From Lama guanicoe (Eukaryota): a stretch of 64,000 bases of DNA. Under the pieces are notes generated by a model, which ran no database searches, was not told the origin of the DNA, and saw only the letters and a program-made list of their open reading frames with translations. Each line of letters begins with the position of its first letter. The stretch's first letter is position 1. Of this stretch, positions 50,890 through 63,165 are shown one piece after another. The translations under genes and the position numbers were made by a program. The stretch covers positions 19,460,711 through 19,524,710 of the forward strand of contig MU054187.1 in NCBI GenBank assembly GCA_013239625.1, written 5' to 3'.

Positions 50890-51560
50890 GTATACAGCAA
50901 GGATTTCCTAGTTTTCCTCAGCAGGATCTGTGGCTCAATCCATCCCCATCAGACAGGCTCATATTCCGTAATGGGGTTTCCCTTCCTGCGGCAGTGCATC
51001 AGCTAACTCCACTATTTAAGGACCCACGGAATGCCTGATCTGCTGAAATGACGTCGCCTTGACCCACTTTATGGTAAATGAGGTGTGACAAAGTGTACAT
51101 GACATGGAATCCACTGGTCCACGAACAACTTCACTCATCTAGCTTGACAGAGCTCGGAGCAGTCTCGAAGGCAAAGCTAAGATGAGATGCGGTCCTTCAG
51201 CATGTGTTGTGTACTGCAGAGCGACAGCCACTACGTATCACTGGGTACCCAGTGGGAGGAATATAGAGGTTCCAGAACCAGCGGCAGGAATAGGAGTATT
51301 CCCTGCTCTCCATTACTCCCAGTGACCTACATCTCGTTGTTCCTTTGGATGTGTTTTTGTAGTTTCTTTTGGCTCCCCCAGCTTTGGTGTACTTCCAGAA
51401 GCCACAGCCATGGCTCTTCATGGACAGACTGTCCTTGGACTACTGAAGGCATTTTATTTGCAAGTGAAGAGGGTGGAGATGCCCTCCTTGCCCCAACAGG
51501 GCTGCTGGTGCCCGAGTGGGGCACAAAAGCCCAGATCCCTCGCTCTGAAGTGGCACTTGC
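50890..51560 (+). pseudogene. Decayed ERVL internal (integrase) remnant
   Basis: Peptides SASANSTI*GPTECLIC and THFMVNEV*QSVH..GIHWS resemble ERVL integrase (TTIRGLTECLI..THFTA.EV.QWAH.HGIHWS). Confidence 0.65.
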
Positions 51561-51668
51561 CCTCCGACTATCCCTCAGGATCATCCTCTCCTTTCTTCTG
51601 CTTCAGAGGAATCTGAAGGAATCACTTTTCAGGATCAGAAGCAAAATAAATGGTGGGATCAGAACCTA

Positions 51669-51857
51669 GGTTTGTCACATTGAGCAGATAAAAATACAGG
51701 GTGTCCAGTTAGATTTGAATTTCAGATCAACCGCAGATACGTTTTTAGTCTAAGTATGTCTCGTGGAGTATTTGGGATACACATATTTAAATTTAACCAT
51801 TGTTTATTGGAATTGCAAATTTAACTGGGTGTCCTGTATTTTTATCTGGCAACGTGA
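51669..51857. mobile_element. MER53-like palindromic hAT MITE
   Basis: GATAAAAATACAGGGTGTCCAGTTAGATTTG...AAATTTAACTGGGTGTCCTGTATTTTTATCTGGCAAC; long imperfect inverted repeats. Confidence 0.8.
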
Positions 51858-51968
51858 TCAGAACACCAGCCAAAGTCTGTCTAATTCCATTTGCATTTTT
51901 TAAATTTAATAAATTATTTAAAATCTCCAAATAAATTTAATGCACATGTTACAAAATTCAAAATATAG

Positions 51969-52464
51969 TATTGTAATGGAGCAAGGGATCGTGCGCAGAA
52001 AGCCTTATTCTGACAGTGGGTTTGTAGCAAAGTAAGGGTTTATTTCAGGATGCCAAGCAAGGGAGTGGGAGACAAGCCTCAGACTCACTCCAACTTGGTC
52101 TTTGAGTTGGGGGTGTTTTGAAGGGGAAGAACAAAGAAGCTGGGGTCAAGCATCCTCTTGTGACATTCCTGCAACATTTCTTAATCGTAGTTTTGGGAGT
52201 CAGGATGACTATGGTTTACAATTCTCTGGCCAGGTGGTCCATGGCTGAGGGATCTGTTAGCTCATCTTGCCCTGGAGAAACAACCTGAGTTTGCATGTTA
52301 ATGATGACATCTGTAACAGCGATTTTAGTTCAGTAACATGTTATCAACAACAGTAATTTTAGTCATCTGACTCTGGTCAGAATTGAGGTCAGAGGGAACA
52401 AGATAGGGAATAAAGTTTTGGAGAAAGAGAGTAATCATAATTTTGGCAGAGGAACACGGTTTCA
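51969..52464 (-). mobile_element. ERV solo LTR inserted in an old L1 fragment
   Basis: 4-bp TSD ATAG at 51965-51968 and 52465-52468; TA(TG)...CA ends; minus-strand AATAAA (TTTATT near 52040). Confidence 0.72.
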
Positions 52465-53430
52465 ATAGAATAAACAGTAAATCTCCCTCCACTTCTGTGC
52501 CCAGCTACTCAGGTCTCCCATTAGAGGCAATCATGGTAGTGTGGTTCTTATTTATCTTTCTAGCAATATTCTCTGTATGTGCAGGCATGATTATATGTAC
52601 AGCTCTGTGCTTATCTTTATGAGTTTCACAACCTATCCTGGAGATAGGTCTTTACTGGCACATGTGGACTTGCCTTCTTTTTAATAATTACACCTTTACT
52701 GTAAAATGCTCAATTAATAGTCACATGGATTGCTTGCAGTCTTTTGCTTTTATAGTTAGCCAAAGTCCAGGCTATCTTGCCTTATTCAATTTTAAGAGAA
52801 TCCAGAGTCTAAGTACCAAAATGCAGATCAACAGACTGAAGTGATGACTGCTCCTAATAGGATTGATGAGAGATGTCGATTACTTGATGATAATGTAGAG
52901 GAAGTTCAATGGATGCTGTCCATGTTCTGTGACATTTGAAATTATTCTGCTCCCCCCCATAAGTGTGCTGGATTCTTTGAGTGGATATGAATACATGTTT
53001 ACACTTAATCCTTTATAATAACTCCCTGAGAAAACTAATAACCATTTACTAATACAAACATGGTTAGCATTCTCAATGGGAGTGGGAATTCATGGCACGG
53101 TACTTAACATCACCTGGAAGTCAGTGCATTTTCTAAAAGGAAGTGCTTGACAGTAGAGTGCCTGCTGCTAATATCCATGAAGACATGTGTATGTTTTAAA
53201 AGGACTATTTCTGGGAAAAGCAGAAGGGTTTATAAGTCAGTAGCATTCTTTTCTAGAAAAGCAGCTTTAGAGAAAGAGGAACAGATGTGAGGTAGGTTCC
53301 TGGAAGGATGTTATACTAATGTAATGGCACCTTCTCAGGACAGAACTCTCCCTCATATCATTAGCTGTAGCTCCTCTCTGAACTACCTAGCTAATGGAGT
53401 CTGATTGTTTTACAGATCCTAAAACCACTG

Positions 53431-53785
53431 TGAAAGGAAGAAAGTAATCGCTTGATGATCATGAGCACATAGCCCCCCCAGACTTACTGGCACTTCAGAG
53501 TTAATAATGTTAACTTCTGTGACACCGCCCTGTTACCTCACCATCAACCAATCAGAGAATTGTGCACAAGCTGATCACAAACTTTGGGACACCCCTCCCT
53601 CACCTGGCATTTAAAAGTGCTTTGCTGAAACCCTTCAGGGAGTTTGGGGTTCTCAAGCACTAGCCACCCATTCTCCTTGCCTGGTGCCTTACAATAAACA
53701 CTGCACTGTCCTTCACCACAACTCGGTGTCAGTAGATTGGCTTTGCTGTGCGTGAGCGAGCAGACCCTAGTTTGGTTCAGTAACA
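53431..53785 (+). mobile_element. ERV1 LTR (MER34/MER39-like)
   Basis: TGAAAGG start; CCAATCAG, TTTAAAA TATA-like motif, AATAAA near 53693; ends TTCAGTAACA. Confidence 0.72.
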
Positions 53786-54993
53786 CTAATGTGTAACAGA
53801 TGGGAAGATCCATTATAGGGAAAGAAGAAATTTGTTCAGAGTCGAGATATATGCTGGATTTGGAGATTAGAGGAAATTGATAAGAGCACATCGTCTAGTA
53901 TATTGTCAAACAGGAAAGTTCTTGCTGGCTGGTAAGACGGTGGAGAAAATGGAAGGCCAGCGTGGCATGCATGAAATTCTTTTTATAGACTGATATTTAT
54001 TTGAGGCCACTCTCAAGTTAGAAATGTCCCCTGCCCTCAGTAGGTATACAAAATAATAGACTGACATGGAAACAAAAACACTATCTGAACAAACACAAGA
54101 ATCATTTTGAACAGAATTCATATACTACAGCAAAATACGTAAGTGATAAACGTGGTGTAGATTTCTTTACACTCTATACTCCTCTGTTGGTCACATGCAG
54201 TGACCTAGACTAGGCTTGTGTCACGTAGCAGTGATACAAACCTCACAAACACAGGCTAATGGAGTAAGAATTTGGTTTAAAAGGGAAGATACTCGTTCTT
54301 TAAATGCTCTGTATCCCAGGTTTTTCCCTCTCCACAACGCATCTGCTTACTGTCTTTAGGATACTACTAGCAGATTTAAAAAATTTGGTTCTATAGTAAA
54401 TTTGTTATTTGGAAAAGAAACATTAGCAGAGTAGGCACAATAGGTTTGCCTTTTTATTTTTAACTCTCTTACTCGGACTGTCCACTGGGTGGAGGGTAGC
54501 AGGCAGTCTCTGAGTTGTATGCTCTCACACTTTAGCTTATGTTAAATAAATATCACAGGAACTGAAGCAATCTAAGACCCTTCTCAGCCACAGGATTTAC
54601 TTTAGCGCTTCCTGAGAGGTGCTACCGTAAATACACAGCCTCACCACCCACTTGCAAATAGTACTTGACACCTCGCGAATGGGTTTCTTGAACGAACGGG
54701 GAGGGGCTAGAGTGCAAACAAAACAAAACAAAACAAAAAAGCCCCCGCTGTTTCTTGTAAGACAAAGAAGTAAAACATGGATATTTCCCCCCAGGCATTT
54801 CCTAGTGGTACTTGACTGTCTACACGCCTGTTTCCTATTTTTATTCTTTCTAGGCTGCCCACACTTCATCATTTCCCTGCCAGGTTAATTTAAAAATGGT
54901 AAAAACAGTGAACATGATCTTTATTTCTCTATCTTCTCACTTTCTTATCTTCATCAGTCCACTGATGGACGTTCCATTCTCGTGGGCTGGCAA

Positions 54994-55466
54994 CGTAGGG
55001 AAGGAAAAAGTTTTTCTTGCCCTTCTTAAGATCTTGGACTGGCTCTGAAAATTTAACTGACAAAGACAGGTGAACAGGGTTGAATTTTTACATATACGTG
55101 GGAGCCTGCACGAGAGAATTTGAAGACCGGGAGAAGTGACTGGAGCAAGAAGCTTTTGTATCTTTGACACAAAGAAACAGTCACTTTGTGAAGAATTGAC
55201 AAGAAAAAGAGGTTTGGGCTTGTGGTGGCAAACGATGAAGAAGTAACCAGGAAGATAAGGGTTAGTTTAACAAGGTTTGCTTGCAGATTCTTCTGGTGCC
55301 TTCCCTGGGCTAAGAGTCTGTCTCCAGTGAAAGAAGAATTTACTTCCTGGGTTTAGGCAAAAAAGGGGTAACTTTATCTGCACTTATTGCTTCTTAATTG
55401 CCTTCAGCTCAAAATAATTTTTATGTTTAAGAAGCATACTTTGGGGTGACATTCTGATTTCCTTCA
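54994..55466 (-). mobile_element. ERV1 solo LTR (MER34/MER39 group)
   Basis: TSD GCAA at 54990-54993 and 55467-55470; minus strand starts TGAAGGAAATCAGAATGTCACCCCAAAGTATG. Confidence 0.78.
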
Positions 55467-55760
55467 GCAAATAGCAGTCGTGGAATCAAATAACTTCAAG
55501 CCCAGAGGGACTTGGAAGGGCTATTTGGTAGAAACGTCCAGGAGAAATAAGTAAAGCTCTTAGATTTCAGGGCTGGAAAGAAACTTAAGAGAACTCAACC
55601 CCATGTCACGAATTTGAATCTCTGGATAGGTGTTGGATTGTTAAAAGCAATTTCTACCTTTTTGAGCCCCCAAGTCCTTAAACCTTCTCCCTTTCCACCT
55701 TTGAAACACTAATTACCAATTCCTAATTTTGAAACCAATAATGTTTTAAAAGTCATAAAA

Positions 55761-55824
55761 ATTTTTTTAACATTTTTTATTGATTTATAATCATTTTACA
55801 ATGTTGTGTCAATTTTTTTTGAAT
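55761..55824 (-). mobile_element. Very short L1 3'-tail insertion
   Basis: TTTTTTATTGATTTATAATCATTTTACAATGTTGTGTCAA is identical to part of 1487-1608; TSD GTCATAAAA at 55752-55760 and 55825-55833. Confidence 0.78.
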
Positions 55825-56435
55825 GTCATAAAATATTTACTGCACTTAACACAAAAAGCTAACATTGTATGTCACTGCCTAAATTAAGTTCATGATTTAT
55901 TTTTCTTTAAACAGTAATTCTTTCTTTCCCAAGATAATCTTCTGGTGTATTTTTCTGTTTTCCCTTTTATCATAGCAGCAAAAACAAAACAAAACAAAAC
56001 AAAACAACCCAGATACTATCTCTGTTTCGCTCTTCTCTTGGTTCAGGATCTCAAAGGGTATTGAGGGGCCCAATTAGCAGAGAAAACAACATAAGAAGAA
56101 GTAAGTACTATAAACTATTAAAAAAATCCAATTCTGAAGCTGGAGAGAATCTTAGGTATCACCTAGAACAATATCTCCGTATTATAAGATGAAGAAAGAA
56201 GGATCCAGGATGTCTGTGTGACTTGTCCAAGGATACACAGATGGTTCATGATGGAGCCTCTGCTGGACCCATTCACTTGACTTCCAGACAGAGCTGTAAG
56301 AAAGTCTTAGAGAAACTTCAACACATAAAGAGTATTCTATGTATTTCCAACACCTTAAAGAGTATTTAAAAAGTAGTTTGGCTTCTCTTGCTTCCTAAAA
56401 GCTCATTTACTAGACATTTAGATTTTAGAACTTGT

Positions 56436-56538
56436 CTCCCTCCCTCCCTTCCTTCCTTCCTCCCTCCCCTCCTTCCTTCTTTCCTTTCTTCCTTCTTTCT
56501 TTTTCTTTTTCCCTTTCTTCCTTTCTTTCTTTCTCTCT
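56436..56538. repeat. Polypyrimidine (CCCT/CCTT/CTTT) simple repeat
   Basis: About 100 nt of pure pyrimidines. Confidence 0.95.
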
Positions 56539-56777
56539 GCACAGCAGCTAACTCCAATTTAAACTCTTTTGGCCTCAAAGTTATAGGAAACATGTATTTA
56601 CTGAGTCAATTCAGTTCTCAGACAATTTTCAGTGTCTAGAAAGAACTCTAGAGTCTCCCAGTTCTTGGCTATGTACAATAATGAAGGAGAGCAATAATAT
56701 AGGTACCCCAAATTTATACTAATTCTTGAGAAATTTCAAATTAATTTAAATATGGAAATTAATAGCTAGGTTAACAT

Positions 56778-56867
56778 TTTTTTTAAAAAATGGAGGTACT
56801 GGAGATTGAACCCAGGACCTAATGCATGCTGGGCATTCACTCTACTGCTGAGCAATACCGTCCCCAT
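56778..56867 (-). mobile_element. tRNA-Ala-derived SINE (Vic-1-like), short form
   Basis: SINE body; imperfect TSD CTAGGTTAACAT (56766-56777) / CTGGGCTAACAT (56868-56879). Confidence 0.88.
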
Positions 56868-59800
56868 CTGGGCTAACATATTAGTAGGATCATCCTTCTT
56901 AGGCAAAGCATACGTGCCAGAATGTTGAGGGATTTGCTTTCAAAAGAAGGGGACTTGCATAACGTCATCCAACACTATCCCGACAGTAAAATAAATTTTG
57001 ATAAGATGAGCTAATATTCTGGAATACACTTCAAATAGGAGAGGTCTAAGCACTAGGTTATGGTTTGTTTTAAAGGATGGAATGTATTCAATACATGTAG
57101 GAATGTGGATAGTAGAACTGATAAACCTTCTGTGATAAAGCTCCTAGGGTGGATCTCATTGGGAGATGCCAAAAAGTTGAGAGAGGACCCAAAAGGTATG
57201 ACCACTTGTAACCATCTCTAGGAATATAATTGACGAGGCTTTCTCTGTAAACAATGGGTCTCACTCCTACCTGCTCCCCCCAACCCAGTGAATTATTTTT
57301 TCAAATTAATTCAAACTCTATGCATCTCCTCTCTTCTGATTATTATTTCCTGATTCTTGTTATTTTTTTTAAAGAAAATAAGCTACTGTTTTTACTGGGA
57401 AAAAAACCCCTCCAGATTTACATCTTTTCTCCTTGGAGATACTGAGACATAGACATCATGAATAATTAAGAGTTTTCTTTTATTGGAAACATTTTTTAGA
57501 GACTGTGCCAACCCATGCGAAATGAAAAGATGTTGACACGAAATAAAAAGATGCTGACCTGTCAGTTCACCGTCCCAAAGACCAGTGTGGATCCATGTGA
57601 AATTCCTCCCCATTCTCTGTAGATGGCACAAATCCAGATTCTTTAGACTCTTCTTATTTGTAAGGATCACTTCACCCTTTGTATTTTCTGTCTCTCTCTT
57701 TTTTTTTTTCCAAATTGATTCTTCTCAAATAAGGGATCTCAGTCGCAGACACCTTTATGGATAAGTGTGTTGCTAAAAAGCAGTTTTTCCTCTATAGCTT
57801 TTCCTCCTTTGGGCCATTTGCACTTCCTCTTCCTTAAATATCCCATTTCCCAGTTTTTGACCACTAGGTGTCATAAGTATTCACACAAATGCCTCAAAGG
57901 TGTAAAACTGAACTTTTTCTTAAAATGAGCCCTTGAATATCTTGACTTTCCGTATGCAATCTTATATCACCTGGGCTCACACATTAGGTCCAATTTCTAT
58001 TGAGTAGAAAGTTCTGAAAAAGTCACAAAATCAAAGAAACACAAAATCAGAAATCTTTGCGGTGGACAAATGGTTTGTCAAAGGGGCAAATACGTGTAGC
58101 TTTGAATTCTGCAGTTTGTTCCTTCCAGATCCCCTTCCCCACTTCACCCCCAGAGGTGCCCTTAGCCTCAGTGCATGAGATTAACAGGCACCACCTTTCA
58201 GGGATGGGCTTTGCAAGATCACACTGAAGCAGCCTTCGGAAATCTTCGCATCACTTTGCAAAAGGGATGCGTGTGAGGCGCCAGGACTCACTCTCATTCT
58301 ACTTATTTGACTTTCAGCTGAAGAGGCTGACACATTAACACGTTATTTTCAAAGTCATGGCTTTTTAGAGCTAGGAGGATCCATAGAATGATCAAGTCTA
58401 AGCTTTTCATTTTATGTTGGGGAAATGATACCCGGAGTGGTTTGCTCATTGTCCGAAGACAGTAACAAAACCAGAACTTGGGCACGCATCTTGTGACTCC
58501 TAGGCATCCTATGTCTTCTGTGTAGTGATGACTGTTCTTAGGGTAGATTCACATATCTGCCTTGGAATTTTGGGGAAAAAAAAAAACAAAAACAAAGTTT
58601 CCCTTCGACTGTGTTCAGTATTATAAGAAAAATCTTAGGTCAGTAAACTTCCTCTGGAGATTGACTGTTAAAAAAAAAGTCATCTATTGGTTATTGGCAC
58701 AATGACAAGAAACATTGTAATTCTCTCATTATATAGAATTTGCAAAGTTCATTTTAACTCATATAGATGGAATAACTGTTCCATTTAGCTCTTCTGTGTA
58801 TTGCAAGTCAACCAGATACATACATATCTTTCAATGAAATTTTTAAAGGAAGACGATGATATTTAATGGAAAGATGTAATCTACTGGTATTCTAAGTCAA
58901 AACAATACTATTATTGTTTTCATCAAGATAAAAAGGAAATTAGCTTAGTCATTTGGCTGTAAAAGCAATGGAAGTGTTGCATGTTAAAGTAGCTGTGCCA
59001 TAAAATAATTTTATTTGTGTCATGTGCTTTATTTGTGGGGATGAGCAGGGATGTCCTTTTATGATCAGAAGTCCTGAAGGGTCACATCCTTGGTGTTCAC
59101 TCAGTTCCTATGTAGAGGATCCTACAGGTCCCCCTGCTAAATATGGCTCTTTATTCCAACTGAGGTTTCCACGGTAAAGCCAGGTGCAGAATTTCTTTTG
59201 AGTAAGAATTTCCCCCTATTTATAATACTAAACAATTGCTTTGGCTAAATTCTCATAAAAAATTTTGAAAGACTCAATGAAAGATTACTTCTTGGGTCAT
59301 AATGACAGTGCGTGGAACTAGTTACACTGGTAATTCTGAAGGATGTTTGAGATTCTTTACCAAAGAATGTTGCGGGTTCAATTAAGTTAGAGAAATAAGG
59401 TTGTATGCTTAAAATCCTTTCTTAAACATTAACAACGCTGCTTAAGTATTACAGACTCTGAAGAATCCTGCAATTAAGAAACCTGATCAAATCTCTTTAA
59501 GCTAACATTTTCTAAGTATCATTGATCAGAAATGTTGGCGTAAAATACCAAATAACATTTTATGAAAAACAGGTTGAATTTTAATTAATTGCCAAAATGA
59601 CATACAATACTTGTTTGATAAATCAACTATTCTAGGCCTTGCAGTGAGCAATCCTTCGATTTGATTTTTATCTCATTTATTGGCAGTATCTTACTAGTAT
59701 CCCCTTTGCCTCCATGGTCACTTTCTGGCCAGAAGGATTCCTAGTGGCAACATCAAAGTTCAAAGCCCTGCCAAGTTTATCCACAGAATTTTCCGGGTAT

Positions 59801-60463
59801 CCATATCCTGTCAACAGATGGACTGTTTGAAAATATTACTTTCATATGTGTTATAAAACAGTTGTTTCAGTTTATTTCGTCTAACCAATTTATTTTCTTT
59901 TACTTAATGGGAAATTGTTCAGTGTCCAAGATTATTTACTAGAGGTCAAATGAGCCTGGACTGAAAATAGTCATCATAGTTTTGAGGGGCTGATGTTATG
60001 GGTGTTACCTGGTGGTTGGAGGACCTTGCACATTCAAGACAGAATACTAACTCATTAGTGTGGCATGGAAGGTTGAGTGCAGACGTTTCTAAGGTGGCGT
60101 GGAGTGGTAGCCCCAGATCACCACGGGTAATGAGGACCTAACATAAGAAAGCAAGATAAAACAAGGTAATCTGGCTACTGTCTCCCTTCCTTGTTGTAAA
60201 CTGGCCTTAAGTCTTGATACTTCTCTAACAGGATCATTCCATAAACCTCGAGAGAACTGTAACAATATTTTAACACTATGTTGGATATGACCATAGCTTG
60301 AGTGATCTGCTTTCCCCGTGTTTTCTATTCCTACATCCCAAGAGAGAGGATGTGTTTATATCAGTTCGTCACCATTCCATACAAAGAACTCTTACCAGGC
60401 CGTTTTACTCCAAGCTACTGCAAAAGCCACTTACTACCCTCAAGTTCAGTTCAACTGTTTTTT

Positions 60464-60572
60464 GGGGGGTTTTTTTTGTTTGTTTTTGGAAGTACTGGGA
60501 ATAGAACCCAGGACCTCGTGCATGCTAAACAGGTGCTCTACCACTGAGTTATTACCACCCCTTCCCCTGGAA
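60464..60572 (-). mobile_element. tRNA-Ala-derived SINE (Vic-1-like)
   Basis: SINE body; TSD AACTGTTTTTT at 60453-60463 and 60573-60583. Confidence 0.88.
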
Positions 60573-60589
60573 AACTGTTTTTTCTTTCA

Positions 60590-61140
60590 ATCTACAAAAG
60601 TTAAATACATTCATACTCTATGACCCAACAATTACATCCCCAGGCAAATATTTAACAGAAATGCATATGTACACTAAAGGATAATAAAGAATGTTGAAAA
60701 CAGTATCATTTGTAATGGGAAACATTTCCAGCTTCTGTAAAGAGTTGAATAAATAAACTAATTGTGGTAGATTTTATAATGAAATAACATTAAGTAATAA
60801 AGGAAACATTGCTACACTCAAAACCCGAATGAAACTCATAAATATAATGTTGATCTATAGAAGCCTAATATAATAATGATACATAGTTTATAATTCCACT
60901 TAAGCGAAATTCAAAAACAGGAAAAATTGTTCTGTGGTGCCAAAATTAAGGGCAATCAGGCAGTTAAAATATGGCCTGGGAGGGGCATGAAGGTATTTTC
61001 TGGAATTCTAGGAAGGTTAGAATATTTGACATGGCTGGTTTATCAGTGAATGTGTTCCCTCTGTGATAATTCAATATACTGTACCTATATGATTTGTATA
61101 CCTTTCTTAATGTATAATTCAATGAAAATATTTATTGAAA
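60590..61140 (+). mobile_element. Old L1 (L1ME-like) 3' region
   Basis: TATGACCCAACAATTACATCCCCAGG ORF2-end motif and degenerate 3' UTR. Confidence 0.65.
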
Positions 61141-61287
61141 AAAGATAGCCAACCATTAAGGTATAAACAAAAGATCTCACAAGCATTGCATTTTTGGGGT
61201 ATAATTATACAATCTGACATGGGTGGGCTCATGGATTTAGCTGTAACACATACAGATAAAATTCCCCTTAAGAAAATCTGAAACAAA

Positions 61288-61403
61288 AAATGTGACAATG
61301 AATATATGTATGTTAACGTATAACTAAAAAATTGTGCTCTACGCTGGAATTTGACACAACATTGTAAAATGACTATAACTCAATAAAAAAAATTAAAAAA
61401 AAC
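61288..61403 (+). mobile_element. Short (~120 bp) L1 3'-tail insertion
   Basis: TGTGACAATG...GGAATTTGACACAACATTGTAAAATGACTATAACTCAATAAAAAAA; TSD TCTGAAACAAA at 61277-61287 and 61404-61414. Confidence 0.8.
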
Positions 61404-61946
61404 TCTGAAACAAAGAAATCAGTATTTATGAGACAAATAAACCAAGAGCATTGTTATTTATATAGTGCTAAGTGTATCCTTTAAGGAATATATTTCTCTC
61501 TCTTTGTATATTGAAACATGATGTGATTTTCAAATATGTTATTCTAACACTCAGAAAGAAATCTATTACGGAATTTTTTAAAGTGCATGATGTATTCCAC
61601 CTCATATCTACATATTTCTTCTCCCTGCACATTTATCTTATGAGACTTTAATACAGAATTATCACCATCTTTAGTATCATCACCATCATCATCATCATCA
61701 TCCCACTGGTCAACAGTAACAAAGAACTTTTTCAGACGGCAGAACAAGCCTCAGAGCTTAGGAAGGCAGATACAAGATTCACATTCCACATAAGCCAACA
61801 GGCTCAGACTGGCTACAAGATTTTCCTAATATCCCATTGCTTATATGAGATGAAGCTCTGCCCCAGTCTGGTAGTCTTTCTTCATTAGCTTTTGAATATA
61901 TCAAGTGTCTTTGTTGCAAGCCACAGAGACCAACTCTGGTCGAAAT

Positions 61947-61997
61947 GAAAAAGAGAAAGAGAGCGAGAGAGAGAAAGAAAGAAAGAAAGAAAGAAAG

Positions 61998-62068
<71 letters not shown>

Positions 62069-62160
62069 AAAAGAAAAGAAAGGAAGGAAGGAAGGAAGGA
62101 AGAAAGAAAAGGAAGGAAGGGAGGAAGAAAGAAAGAAACTAGAAAAAGAAAAAATAAAAA
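61947..62160. repeat. Compound (GAAA)n/(GGAA)n polypurine microsatellite
   Basis: More than 200 nt of almost pure purine, with a long perfect GAAA run. Confidence 0.97.
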
Positions 62161-63165
62161 GGAAGCCAGCTTATGTATATCAGAAGCACATCAGGAGCGC
62201 AAATATTAACAAGGTCTGGAGCACCATCTTGGAAAACTGGTGGTTCTAGGCAGCTCCTGAGGCTTGGCAGCAGAAACCGTGATGCAGAAACCATCTGGTA
62301 TTTGTGTTGCTGCTGGGATGACTCTGAAGACCAAAAAGATCTGCTACTTGCTCAGGATTTAAAGTCCCAGGGAGGAAGGCTGATGGGCTGAGTATTGGAT
62401 TTACGCCTACTCCCTGACTATACTGAGGGGCCAGGAGGGCTCTGAGTCCCTTCAGTGCTGGGAGGAGACAGTCAGAGTTGGGGAATTTCCCAAAGGGGAT
62501 TTCAGATTTGGGGACTTCCCCTAGTGAGATGTTAGGGTGTTGATTGGAGTGAGCTGTTGGATGCTGGGGAGCCAAAAAAAAAAAAAAAAGGCAAACATCT
62601 TCTGTAATATTCATCCTCTTACTGGAGAAAATACCAGATAGATGAATCATATTAGCAGCTAGAATCACGGGTCAAGGTGAAAGGAAATCTGAGGGATGGT
62701 TTAGGTAAGACACTAGGTTATAATTAACTAAACTCCATAGACAATCCAGGTTGAACCAACCCGGTGCTTCTGGGAGCCCTTGCCTCCCTCACGGATGTGT
62801 GGAGCTAGGTGTGTTGCTTTGATCTGAGCCCACTACTGAGCTTTCGGTCTTAACTATTGAAACACAAAATAAGGCTGCCTGTTACTCATTTTAAAGATGT
62901 AACAGGGTGGAAAATAAACAGAAAACCATGACAACACGAAAGCTAATGCATGCCTGGGAGAATATAAAGTAGCAATCAATAATGCAGCAGCAACTAAGCA
63001 GGCTGATGACGCTGCCAGTGTGGCAGCTGCAATTGTTTAGAAAAATAGGAGGAGATTTCAGGGCACGCGTTTGTTTGCTAGGGCTGGGGAGCCGTGATTC
63101 TTCAACGTCATTTTCAATGCGACCAATGGAATTTTAGTATCACCATGACAGATCATCGTGCGTAT

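Noticed and set aside
51187..51669. Longest ORF in the window (160 aa)
   Set aside because: It lies over decayed ERVL internal sequence, with no recognisable protein and no splice or promoter support.
53200..53310. Perfect GAS motifs (TTCTGGGAA, TTCCTGGAA) and others scattered across the window
   Set aside because: A motif with only six fixed bases is expected many times by chance in 64 kb of AT-rich DNA.
57520..57560. Short direct duplications (21-bp unit here; also 14417-14450 and 26599-26643)
   Set aside because: Two-copy slippage duplications with no spacer structure; not an array or a CRISPR.
5585..60572. tRNA-Ala genes
   Set aside because: All tRNA-like copies have A-rich tails, most have TSDs, and they show CpG decay and acceptor-stem mismatches. 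They are SINEs.
61905..62249. Lys/Glu/Arg-rich ORF
   Set aside because: Translation of the (GAAA)n microsatellite.
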